A stretch of 64,000 bases of DNA, taken from assembly GCA_963665095.1 (NCBI GenBank), contig OY762069.1:4768001-4832000 (forward strand), read 5' to 3'. Under the pieces are notes generated by a model. The model saw only the letters and a program-made list of their open reading frames with translations, was not told the origin of the DNA and did not search any database. A program made the position numbers and the translations under genes. Below, piece after piece: positions 8,691 to 17,149 of the stretch. The DNA is from an uncultured Desulfobacter sp. Lineage in GTDB: Bacteria; Desulfobacterota; Desulfobacteria; Desulfobacterales; Desulfobacteraceae. How positions within the stretch are numbered: the first letter of the stretch is position 1; each line of letters begins with the position of its first letter.

Positions 8691-10748
8691 CTAATAAATC
8701 ACATCTTTTTCCTGTTGATCGTTCAGGCTTGCCCGGCCTTTATCTGTTTTGCCCGGATTCTGGGTTTCGGCCTTTTGCCCCGCATCCACAGACTCAGCTG
8801 TCCTTTTCTCATCGGTCAGCAGATTCTCCCGGCCATCAAGTATGGTGGTGTGCGAGCTTCTGCGCTGCAAAAATAGATCGGTCTCCTCACCAGCCAGCCC
8901 GGGATGGTTGATAATATGCGGGGTGATAATGATCACAGTCTCGGTTTTCTGGGTGGAGTCGTTCTCCTGGCGGAACAGGTACTTGAGAAGAGGCACATCC
9001 CCTAAAAACGGGGTCTTTTTCACCGAGTTGTCCACGGTTTCCCGGATGATGCCACCCAACGCAATGGTCTGTCCGGACTTGGCCGTGACAATGGACTCAA
9101 TCTCGCTTTTGGTCTGGCCGTCCAGGGGGAACTCAATGAGATTGCCGTTGTCATCGGACAGGGTCACCGCGGTCATGTTGTACTGGGCCGAAGAGATTTC
9201 GGCATCAATCTCCATGGTCACGGTATTGTCTTCATTGATAAAGGTGGAGATCTCTAAGTCAGTGCCAAGCTCTTCCCTGAGGATATCAACAATAAAGGTG
9301 TTGATGGTGTCCCCGGAATCGCCGATGGGAATGGTCTCCTTGGACACATCATCCCGCAGGGGCACCTCTTCGCCTACAAAGAAATTCACCGTGGCGTTGT
9401 TGGCGCACATCAGAAAGGGCGATGATATGGTGTTGGCCCGTCCCTCGGACTCATACAGCGAGATCTGGGCCTGGATATTGCTGAAGGAGAGAATCCCGCC
9501 CAAAGTGGAGCCGGAGGCCGCGCTGCTGGCCAGGGTGCTCAGACCGCCCCCTTCATTTACTGTTCCGCCCGGTGTTATACGGCTGTCCGTAGTGCTGCCG
9601 GAATAATCTCCGAAATCAAACTGGAAAAAGCTTTCAAACTCGTCCCCCAGGGTAATCTGCAGAATTTTTACCTCCAGCAATACCTGACTTGTGGGGGTGT
9701 CCAGGGTTTCAATGATCTTTGCCATCTCGTTGATCAGGCTTTGGTCCAGAGAACGGGCAATGATGGTGTTGTTCCTCTTGAACACCGTGAGAATGGCCAA
9801 AAGCGGCTTTTTACTTTTAGTGCTGCTCTTTTTAGCTGTGGCATTATTGGCAGCGGAGACGGCAGCCGCAGCCGCAGCCAGGGTCTCCTGAAGGACCTGC
9901 TGCTGTTTCGCCTGGTCTGCCTGGGCACTGCTGCGGCTCTCCTGTCCGTAGCTACTCTGTTTTGTCAGTTGATTCATGAACACAATGCGCTGGGACGCAG
10001 AATTATCCAGGTCCGGGCCGTCATATTCCCCGCCCAGATCCACCTCCTCCTCCGGATCCACATGTCCGTATATCTTTTCATCCTCAATGGCGGCCAGGTA
10101 AACTTCCGAGCCCATGAGTGCCTGGATGATTTTGGCCATGTCCGCGGCATTGGTGTATTTAATGGAAAACGCCCGGGTATGTTCGGTCTGGCGGATCTCA
10201 ATGTCATTGACATACTCCTCCCGGGTCATCAGGGTCACAATATTATGCCCCTCCCGGAACCACAGGTTGTTGAGACGGCAGATGGTTTCAAGGGCGGACC
10301 TGAGACTGATATCCTGCATGTAAATACTGATATTGGTGTTTTCAACGGTTTTGGTGGGCACCACATTGGTGCCGCACAACCGGGTGAGCAGTTCTGTAAG
10401 CTGTCTTACCGGCACATCGCGAAGAATCAAAGAGCGGATGATTTCAGACATGCCCTTGAGCGCGTCCGCTTCCTGTGCGCCCGCGCTCATAAGTTTTTCA
10501 GCCTGTCCCGGTTCAACTTGCGTCCCCTTGATAACCTTGACAATGGGCTTCTCCCCGTCCGGATAGAGGTCCTTGATAGTGGGGTGTTTTTTCTCCACCC
10601 CGTCAATGACCATGCGGGTATTGTATGGATTGGGTGCGGCCAGGGAGTCCGGGCTTTCAGGTTTGGAATCATTGCACCCTGCCATCAGGGTGCAGGCTGC
10701 TGTGAGAACTGCCGGGAACATGAATTTTGTCAGGAATTTCTGGATCAT
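8691..10748 (-). CDS. Outer-membrane secretin (GspD/PilQ-like) with lipoprotein signal
   Basis: LMAGC lipobox; LDTPTSQVLLEVKI, GQTIALGGII, KTPFLGDVPLLKYLF, ETVIIITPHII secretin motifs. Confidence 0.9.
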   Translation of the reverse strand: MIQKFLTKFMFPAVLTAACTLMAGCNDSKPESPDSLAAPNPYNTRMVIDGVEKKHPTIKDLYPDGEKPIVKVIKGTQVEPGQAEKLMSAGAQEADALKGMSEIIRSLILRDVPVRQLTELLTRLCGTNVVPTKTVENTNISIYMQDISLRSALETICRLNNLWFREGHNIVTLMTREEYVNDIEIRQTEHTRAFSIKYTNAADMAKIIQALMGSEVYLAAIEDEKIYGHVDPEEEVDLGGEYDGPDLDNSASQRIVFMNQLTKQSSYGQESRSSAQADQAKQQQVLQETLAAAAAAVSAANNATAKKSSTKSKKPLLAILTVFKRNNTIIARSLDQSLINEMAKIIETLDTPTSQVLLEVKILQITLGDEFESFFQFDFGDYSGSTTDSRITPGGTVNEGGGLSTLASSAASGSTLGGILSFSNIQAQISLYESEGRANTISSPFLMCANNATVNFFVGEEVPLRDDVSKETIPIGDSGDTINTFIVDILREELGTDLEISTFINEDNTVTMEIDAEISSAQYNMTAVTLSDDNGNLIEFPLDGQTKSEIESIVTAKSGQTIALGGIIRETVDNSVKKTPFLGDVPLLKYLFRQENDSTQKTETVIIITPHIINHPGLAGEETDLFLQRRSSHTTILDGRENLLTDEKRTAESVDAGQKAETQNPGKTDKGRASLNDQQEKDVIY

Positions 10749-10758
10749 GGTTTGTCCT

Positions 10759-11112
10759 TTAATCTACCTCCACCTCACAGGTCTCTCCGTTGCCGGCCTT
10801 TAACAAAATGCTCCTGTTTTTGATCTTTACAATCCGGTATGTATGGTCTACCCCGTTGTGGGTCACAATGATTCTGGAATCCTTTGAATAAACCGCGGGC
10901 GGCCGTTCCGGATTTGTCCGGACAATGACCTTGGCATTGGTGTCCGTGGTGATCAGGCCGATGATTTCGATCTGCTTTTTGGCGGCCTTATAGTTGAAAA
11001 GCGCCTGGGGAGGGGCTGCCGGCTCTTCAAACGGACTTCGTTCGGCAGCAGCTGAAGGCAGTGCCGCAAAGAGGTAAAGCAGGGTCAGGCAGACAAGCGC
11101 GTGGGGTTTCAT
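10759..11112 (-). CDS. Exported protein at PilP position (PilP/GspC-like)
   Basis: Signal peptide; ERSPFE motif followed by a beta-rich domain (IEIIGLI...YRIVKI); located between pilO-like and secretin genes. Confidence 0.6.
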   Translation of the reverse strand: MKPHALVCLTLLYLFAALPSAAAERSPFEEPAAPPQALFNYKAAKKQIEIIGLITTDTNAKVIVRTNPERPPAVYSKDSRIIVTHNGVDHTYRIVKIKNRSILLKAGNGETCEVEVD

Positions 11113-11135
11113 ATCAGTCCTTTAAAACATACAGG

Positions 11136-11678
11136 TTAAATTTTCAGGGTAAAGGCAATGGATAACGGGGATGATTTCACCCCCGAACTGGCCATCTGGA
11201 TGCCGGAAACCTCCACGGCATCCCCAAGCTGCTCAAGTTCCATCAAAAAGTTGACAAACCCTGTAAAATCGCCTTTCAGGTTCATGGTAAAAGGGGACCA
11301 GTCAATGTATTTTCCCGGTTCCCGCTCTTTGGGGGCAATGGTGATCACCTTCAGGTCGTTCATCACCATGATGGTGGAGATTTTGCTTAACAGCCGGGAG
11401 ATATCATCCGGGTTGCCCGCGTTCAGGGCCAGGTTGCCGTTCTCCTCTTTAAGTTCGGCCAGGCGCTTTTTATTCTGCTCAATGGTTTTTTCCAGTTGGA
11501 ACAGCGGAGGAATATCCTTTAGTTTGTTCAGTTCCGCCACCACTTTGTTCCGTTTTTTCAACGTGGTTTGAAGCACCTTGGTCTGGGGATCATACATATA
11601 TTTCATGTAGAAAAAGGTGCAGGCGATGATCAGTGCCGCCGCCAGCCCGAACTTTTCAAGATTGGTCATGGATTTCAT
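11136..11678 (-). CDS. pilO: PilO-like alignment protein
   Basis: N-terminal TM, coiled coil, PFTMNLKGDFTGFVNFLMELE. Start MKSMTN overlaps the upstream stop (ATGA). Confidence 0.8.
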   Translation of the reverse strand: MKSMTNLEKFGLAAALIIACTFFYMKYMYDPQTKVLQTTLKKRNKVVAELNKLKDIPPLFQLEKTIEQNKKRLAELKEENGNLALNAGNPDDISRLLSKISTIMVMNDLKVITIAPKEREPGKYIDWSPFTMNLKGDFTGFVNFLMELEQLGDAVEVSGIQMASSGVKSSPLSIAFTLKI

Positions 11679-12076
11679 TGAACTGCCTCGCTTTCCGGAT
11701 TGACATCCACCTGAACCACAAAGCTCAGCTGACTGCCGGTTTTGGCGTCCAGGGATTTGAGAACCGCTGAGGTGCACCACGCATTGTCCTGCATGGCAAC
11801 GGAAAAAAGCCCCACCCGGGTCAGATCCCAGCTCCGGCCGGTAATGGTGAAGGTGTTGGGTGTATCGGGATTCTGGGCCACGGTATCCAGCACCAGCCCG
11901 TCAGGCACGGCCCTGGCGACACCTTTAAAGCAGGTCACCAGGATGGCAAGCTTCTGGTCTGCAATCCTGTTGACAAAGTTGATGCGGTCCTGGACCGTTC
12001 GGATATCTTTTTCCAGCTGGGTGGCTTTTTTCAGCAGATCCTCATATTTCTGGATGGTACTTTTGTTTTTTTCCAC
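11675..12076 (-). CDS. pilN: PilN-like periplasmic domain (3' part of a frameshifted pilMN fusion)
   Basis: Coiled coil, then VARAVPDGLVLDTV...FTITGRS PilN pattern; has no TM of its own, the TM lies in the upstream frame. Confidence 0.7.
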   Translation of the reverse strand: MEKNKSTIQKYEDLLKKATQLEKDIRTVQDRINFVNRIADQKLAILVTCFKGVARAVPDGLVLDTVAQNPDTPNTFTITGRSWDLTRVGLFSVAMQDNAWCTSAVLKSLDAKTGSQLSFVVQVDVNPESEAVQ

Positions 12077-13185
12077 CTCTGCGAGTATTGTTTGATGTCG
12101 GACTTAAACCGCCGCTCCTGGTATTTCATGAACTGATTGTGGCCCAGAAGCCCTAGGGCCAGGACAGAGGTGGCCACCAGGGGCATCACATAGACATTGC
12201 GCTTGAGCCGGACCCGTAAAGGTTCGGAGTCATCAATCCCCACCTTGTGCATGGTCTTGCCGCCAAGCTCCCTGCAGCCTGCGCCCACGGCCGTGCCGAA
12301 TATTGCATCTGCAGGGTCTGTCTCCTTGTGGGTGATCTGGGCGGTTTTGGACAGCATCAGGGGCCGGGCTCCGGATGGAGAGAGTCGGTTTACATAGTCG
12401 GCAATTTCCGGTATGGCCGCCCCAGGACCTGTCAGCACCACCGGCTCATGGTCTGGGGCCTGGGACAGGGTGAACTTGAGGCTGCTTTCCAGATCCCGAG
12501 ATCCAACGGCCGAGGTGAGGTGGGACCGAATGGCGTCTGATGAGAAGTTCAGGGTGGAGATCTGGTCCGGGTGCCGCCCCTGGAATATGGCAAAGTTGGA
12601 ATAGTCCGTGCCGATTTCCAGAATGGCCCGGGGGATGTCCGGACTTTCCAGGAACAGGGGCATGTAAAAACTGACCTCGGGCGGATAGACCCGGATCAGC
12701 TTCAGACCGGCCGCCTTAAACCGTTCCCGCACCGCCACATAAACATTTTTTTCAATGGCCGAGATATTGACCATGATCTCGTCGGTCTCATTCTCGTATA
12801 CAATCTCGCCGGGTGCGGCCTTGGGTTGGGGCTCTTTTTCCACGCCCACCAGGGCATTGCCACCGGTGATTCCTGTATAGGATTCAATCTCCCATTTGGC
12901 AGCCTCTGACAGCTGGTAGTCCGACATGTTCGACACTTTTTTGCGGTCCATGAACAGCTCTGTGGACCGGGCCAGGGCCGTGACATACACGGCATTTCTG
13001 CCCGTATACTTAAGCGTCTCCTTCAGCTCTTTGAGGCTGTCAATGGCCGGCAGGTCTTCATCGGGCTTGGAGCGCTTCATCCCAGCATAGTCCAGGATGG
13101 CAATTTTGTTGCCCCTTCCCTTGAGCAGCACGCCTCTGATGATATCTTCACTGACTTCCACGGCCAGTATGGTCTGTTGCAGCAT
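12031..13185 (-). CDS. pilM: PilM-like actin-fold domain plus PilN TM helix (5' part of a frameshifted fusion)
   Basis: ILAVEVSEDIIR, AILEIGTDYSNFAIF, VVLTGPGA, FGTAVGA PilM patterns; ends in a TM and coiled coil that continue in the -1 frame. Confidence 0.75.
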   Translation of the reverse strand: MLQQTILAVEVSEDIIRGVLLKGRGNKIAILDYAGMKRSKPDEDLPAIDSLKELKETLKYTGRNAVYVTALARSTELFMDRKKVSNMSDYQLSEAAKWEIESYTGITGGNALVGVEKEPQPKAAPGEIVYENETDEIMVNISAIEKNVYVAVRERFKAAGLKLIRVYPPEVSFYMPLFLESPDIPRAILEIGTDYSNFAIFQGRHPDQISTLNFSSDAIRSHLTSAVGSRDLESSLKFTLSQAPDHEPVVLTGPGAAIPEIADYVNRLSPSGARPLMLSKTAQITHKETDPADAIFGTAVGAGCRELGGKTMHKVGIDDSEPLRVRLKRNVYVMPLVATSVLALGLLGHNQFMKYQERRFKSDIKQYSQRWKKTKVPSRNMRIC

Positions 13186-13218
13186 TGGTCTATCCGTGCG
13201 TTTCAGGCATAATCATGG

Positions 13219-15363
13219 TTAAAATACTTGGAAAGCCGCTGTGTCCATCTCGATTGATTCCACCTGGCCGGTGCCGGCCATGGGCAGAACATTGAAGATC
13301 ACCTGTTTGAAGGACTCCCCCTCGTCCAGCACATCATCGTTATCGTCATCATTCCACACCACAAGGAACCTTGCTCCGGTGCCAAGAACAGTGCCTGAAC
13401 CGGAGAACTCAAGACAGGGACTGCCGGGCCAGGTGCCGGTACTCCAGTCATCGGAGGTCCCGTCGCTGTCCTCATCGGTCAACGCAGCACAGGTTAACAC
13501 CGTGTCATCTTCCAGGGTGCCGTCCTCATTGGTTATACCGTCCACAAAGAGCCGGGCCTTGGTGGTGGATGCCGTGGCATTGAGTACGGTGAGACTGCCT
13601 AAGGTCAGATACCCCGGCGTGAACTGATATGCCCGGATCTCCAGCACCTGGTTGTCCTGGTTTTCCGTCTGGGTCGGATCATAGTCATCAATGTCCAGGA
13701 CCTCATCAAAATCATCGGGCTCGGCCTTGGCACCATCCACAGTGGTGCCGAAATCAAACAAACCGTCCGTCCCCCGGCTCAGTATCAGCAGGGCATTGTT
13801 GCTGGTATCTTTGAAAAACAGGATCTCATTGCCCCAGGCATCCCGGATTACCTGATTCTTATCCAGGCCTTCGGGCACCGAATGATAGGCTCGGGCCCAG
13901 CCGATGCCCCAGGCTTTTTCATCCAGGTCATCCGTAACGCCGTCCTCACCCTCATCATTGTCCGCTGTGTCAGACAGATTGGGGGTCCGGGTCCAAAGTC
14001 CCCTTGGCTGACCTTTGGTATAGTCGGTGTCGGTACTGCTGACCACCATCTGATTATCCCACTGGCCTGTTTCACTTTCGCTTTCAGCCGCCTCCCAAAG
14101 AAACAGGTCCGGCAGTTCAAGCAGATCTCCTGTGTACCCGGTGTTCAGCCCCTCCGGACTTCTGCCGATGAGCGCCCGTTTAATTGAGGACAAAATTGCC
14201 GCTGTGGCTGCCCGGTTATCCGCTTCTTCCTGTTCAAACACGGTTTCATACTCATGGGAGTAAATCTTCATCACAATATTGTCCTGGTTTTCATCCAGGG
14301 TGTCGTCATAGGCTTTGCCCATGGTGTCATCGGCGTCCACACTCCAGCTGTGGCCGGTGCAGGTCCCCTTGGTGGGATATCTGGCGTCAAAGTCCGGCCC
14401 TTCGGACACTATCCAGAAGATGGTGGCATCCTCCCGGTCCGGGTCCGCTGTGATAAAAAAGCGCAATGCCCTTCCCCAGCCGTCCATGAACCGGCCGTCG
14501 GTATTCAGCAGCCGATATTTTTCCTTGTCATCAAACAGCTCGCCCATGGCAGCGTCATAATCCCCGTCTTCCCAGGTCTCCCAGCCCGAGGCGTCAATCC
14601 AGGCAGGAGGGAGCTTTTCATAGTCTGCCATACTTTTGGCATAGTGGCTGCCCGCCTCATCACTGCGGGCACTGGGCGGCAGGAGATAGGGGCCTTTCCA
14701 CTCCTCCCCCGCTTCATCTCCCAAAATTTTGCCCGGGGCTTTATGGTCTTCGGAGAGATCAAAAGGCAGATCTTCCACATAACAGGTCCACAAGCCCCTT
14801 GGCTGGCCCTCGTTTTCCGTTTCAAGGCCGCCGATGTGGTCCGCATTGTCAGTGGTGTCGTCGGTTAGCTTCCGGTAGGGGGCCAGCCATTTCCACCTTT
14901 TTTGTACAAACTCACCCGCCGGCCGGAAAAAGACGTAATCCGAGTCCATGGTGTAATCAGGCCCCTGGCCAAGGCCGGCTGTCAGGTTTTCAGGATCATC
15001 CCAGCCTGTGCCCTCAAAGCTGGGCTTGATCTCGGCCCGGGCCTCCCACAGATCCGGGAATGCCTTCATATCCCCCACATATCCGCCAATGACCCGCTGC
15101 CCGTTCTTGTCATATACCCCGGCAGGCCCCATGACGGCCTTTCTGATCCTTTCCATGGTCTCCCGGGTGATCTGCGCTTTACGGTCATTATCCATGGTGC
15201 CCAGGGCGGACCAGGCCATGGCGCTCATCATCCCTAAAATAAAGATCACGATCATGACCTCCAGCAGGGTAAAGCCGCTTTGGCAGGCAATATCTTTCCC
15301 AATGCCAATCAATGGGCTTTCCAGGGTTGTCTTGTTCTTTTTGGGGGGTGGCGTCTTTTTCAT
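13219..15363 (-). CDS. 714-aa acidic prepilin with two tandem GspG-like domains
   Basis: SG|FTLLEVMIVIFILG class III signal; GQPRGLWT, G/TGYxGD..xPDL, DxWG, SxGxD and ENQDN each occur twice. Confidence 0.85.
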   Translation of the reverse strand: MKKTPPPKKNKTTLESPLIGIGKDIACQSGFTLLEVMIVIFILGMMSAMAWSALGTMDNDRKAQITRETMERIRKAVMGPAGVYDKNGQRVIGGYVGDMKAFPDLWEARAEIKPSFEGTGWDDPENLTAGLGQGPDYTMDSDYVFFRPAGEFVQKRWKWLAPYRKLTDDTTDNADHIGGLETENEGQPRGLWTCYVEDLPFDLSEDHKAPGKILGDEAGEEWKGPYLLPPSARSDEAGSHYAKSMADYEKLPPAWIDASGWETWEDGDYDAAMGELFDDKEKYRLLNTDGRFMDGWGRALRFFITADPDREDATIFWIVSEGPDFDARYPTKGTCTGHSWSVDADDTMGKAYDDTLDENQDNIVMKIYSHEYETVFEQEEADNRAATAAILSSIKRALIGRSPEGLNTGYTGDLLELPDLFLWEAAESESETGQWDNQMVVSSTDTDYTKGQPRGLWTRTPNLSDTADNDEGEDGVTDDLDEKAWGIGWARAYHSVPEGLDKNQVIRDAWGNEILFFKDTSNNALLILSRGTDGLFDFGTTVDGAKAEPDDFDEVLDIDDYDPTQTENQDNQVLEIRAYQFTPGYLTLGSLTVLNATASTTKARLFVDGITNEDGTLEDDTVLTCAALTDEDSDGTSDDWSTGTWPGSPCLEFSGSGTVLGTGARFLVVWNDDDNDDVLDEGESFKQVIFNVLPMAGTGQVESIEMDTAAFQVF

Positions 15364-15472
15364 TTTTAAATGACCGTATGCGTTCGGTATGGTTTTTCAG
15401 TCAACTTCAATGGGTGGACCTTGTATCCGCAATGGCATCTGTTTTTAGTTTAAAATCACTCTGTTTTTGCCT

Positions 15473-16063
15473 TTATTCTCTTCCCCAGGTTTTTACTTGA
15501 ATTTTGCTGCCATACCCGAAGAAGCGGTACACACCGTCACACAATGCTTTGATATTATTAGCTGAAAGATTGGTTTCAACAAAAATGCCGGAGTCTTTGA
15601 TCGGACGACCGTCTCTGAGCCAATTGCGTTTTAAGGCAAAATAAGCCCTCTTCCCTTGGACGCCCTCAATTGCCCGGGCAAACGTCTCCCTGTTTTCGGC
15701 GTAGATTCTTGCGCATAAATCAGTGAGCAAGTGCTTCCATGAAGTAACATCATGCCTTTCCCCGCCGAGTACATACCATAGCGGTTTTGTCCCCTTATAA
15801 ACTTCTTCGTGGGAAACAGTGATATATTCAAACCCGCCGACAAAACGGTTTGAGGGTGCATCATCTGTCATGTCAGAATCCGTGACGGACAGGAACCGTT
15901 TCTGGAAATAGGCCGCCACCGCCTGTTTTTCCGGCTTGAGTCCGGTTTGGTTACCGGCTTCTCGAATAATATGTTCCATTAAAATATCCGGCATATTTCG
16001 ACCCAGCGATGCCATGGTCCGGTCAAGGGCCGCTTCCATTTTTTTGTCAAGTATGGCTGTCAT
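15473..16063 (-). CDS. Hypothetical cytoplasmic protein with a C-terminal SeqA-like/'ETNLSAN' domain
   Basis: ATG 1 nt after the upstream pilin stop, RBS ggag; KPLWYVLGGE..VTSWKHLL...IFVETNLSANNIKALC. Confidence 0.6.
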   Translation of the reverse strand: MTAILDKKMEAALDRTMASLGRNMPDILMEHIIREAGNQTGLKPEKQAVAAYFQKRFLSVTDSDMTDDAPSNRFVGGFEYITVSHEEVYKGTKPLWYVLGGERHDVTSWKHLLTDLCARIYAENRETFARAIEGVQGKRAYFALKRNWLRDGRPIKDSGIFVETNLSANNIKALCDGVYRFFGYGSKIQVKTWGRE

Positions 16064-16064
16064 C

Positions 16065-17090
16065 TCAGTCTCCAATATCCCCGTTATCATTAAAATCAAT
16101 GCCCCAGAAGCTGGCCCCGGAAGAGGGATGAAACTTCTCCCCGATGGCGTTGATCACTGTGAAAAAAGCCGGGTCCTGGGCTTCGTACAAATTAATTTCA
16201 CGCACCTTTGCAATGGACAGGTCAGACGCTTCTGCGCTGGATGACGTGTCCATTGCAAAACTGGTGAACGTATCTGCGCCCAATGGATTATCTTGTTCCA
16301 GTCGCATGGAAGTGGCGCTGAGCCGGGGAATCACAAGGGAGTACCAGGCATAGTCAAAGTTGTGTGGTTCGGTGATGCCGTGGGGACAGACCGATGCATT
16401 GAACATATAGCCCTGCTTTATCAGTTCACTCTCCGGGCCCAGGCCAAAGAGAATGCAGAAATTAAGATCATTTTCCCCCCAGCCGGGTTCATCCGTATCC
16501 ACTTCAGTGGCCTCAATGACGCCGTCGTCATCACTGTCCCCGCCACCGATCATCAGGACTGCCGTGCCTGCGGCCACCTTTTCCATGACAGGGGAGGGGT
16601 TGGACACGGCATCGTCATAGGCGGAGTTCAGGTTGTACACATGGACAATGCCCATGTCCCGGAGTTCCTGTGCCTCATCCTCATCCAGATAATGCACAGC
16701 CGGCCGGCACCGCTGTTCAAAGGCATAGGCCAGCACCTCCCTGCCGTTGTCCGGGTCCTGGTCCGACACTTCCGGTTTCTGATAGTCACCGGAACTCTCG
16801 TCTGTGGAGACAATGTTAATAAGCCCGCCCGGATATTTGCCATAATCCTGGATATAGGCCGTGATGAACTTGATCAGTCTGGCTTCGTTCATGCGTCCTC
16901 CCGTGTCCGTGGCCTGGGCTGTCATTCCGGCAAACTTAGGCGCGGACATGGCCAGGATAAACCCGAGGACAGTGAGAACTATCAGGACTTCCATAAGGGT
17001 GAAACCTGATGAATTAAAGGGGAATGAAGGATGCCTGATTTTGGTCACCGAACTTGGCATTTTTATACCTGCAGATGCAATATTTTTCAT
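16065..17090 (-). CDS. 341-aa acidic prepilin, paralog of the major pilin
   Basis: SG|FTLMEVLIVLTVLGFILAMSAP; shares many blocks with 17150..18292. Start could be the next Met (MPSS). Confidence 0.85.
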   Translation of the reverse strand: MKNIASAGIKMPSSVTKIRHPSFPFNSSGFTLMEVLIVLTVLGFILAMSAPKFAGMTAQATDTGGRMNEARLIKFITAYIQDYGKYPGGLINIVSTDESSGDYQKPEVSDQDPDNGREVLAYAFEQRCRPAVHYLDEDEAQELRDMGIVHVYNLNSAYDDAVSNPSPVMEKVAAGTAVLMIGGGDSDDDGVIEATEVDTDEPGWGENDLNFCILFGLGPESELIKQGYMFNASVCPHGITEPHNFDYAWYSLVIPRLSATSMRLEQDNPLGADTFTSFAMDTSSSAEASDLSIAKVREINLYEAQDPAFFTVINAIGEKFHPSSGASFWGIDFNDNGDIGD

Positions 17091-17096
17091 TGGAAA

Positions 17097-17123
17097 GGCA
17101 GAGGGAGATAAACTCCCTCTGCC
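17097..17123 (-). terminator. Hairpin after the major pilin gene (partial terminator or mRNA stabiliser)
   Basis: ggcagagggag-N5-ctccctctgcc, an 11-bp perfect stem followed by TTT on the minus strand. Confidence 0.7.
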
Positions 17124-17149
17124 ATGGTGCTCAGATTAAACGATAACGA

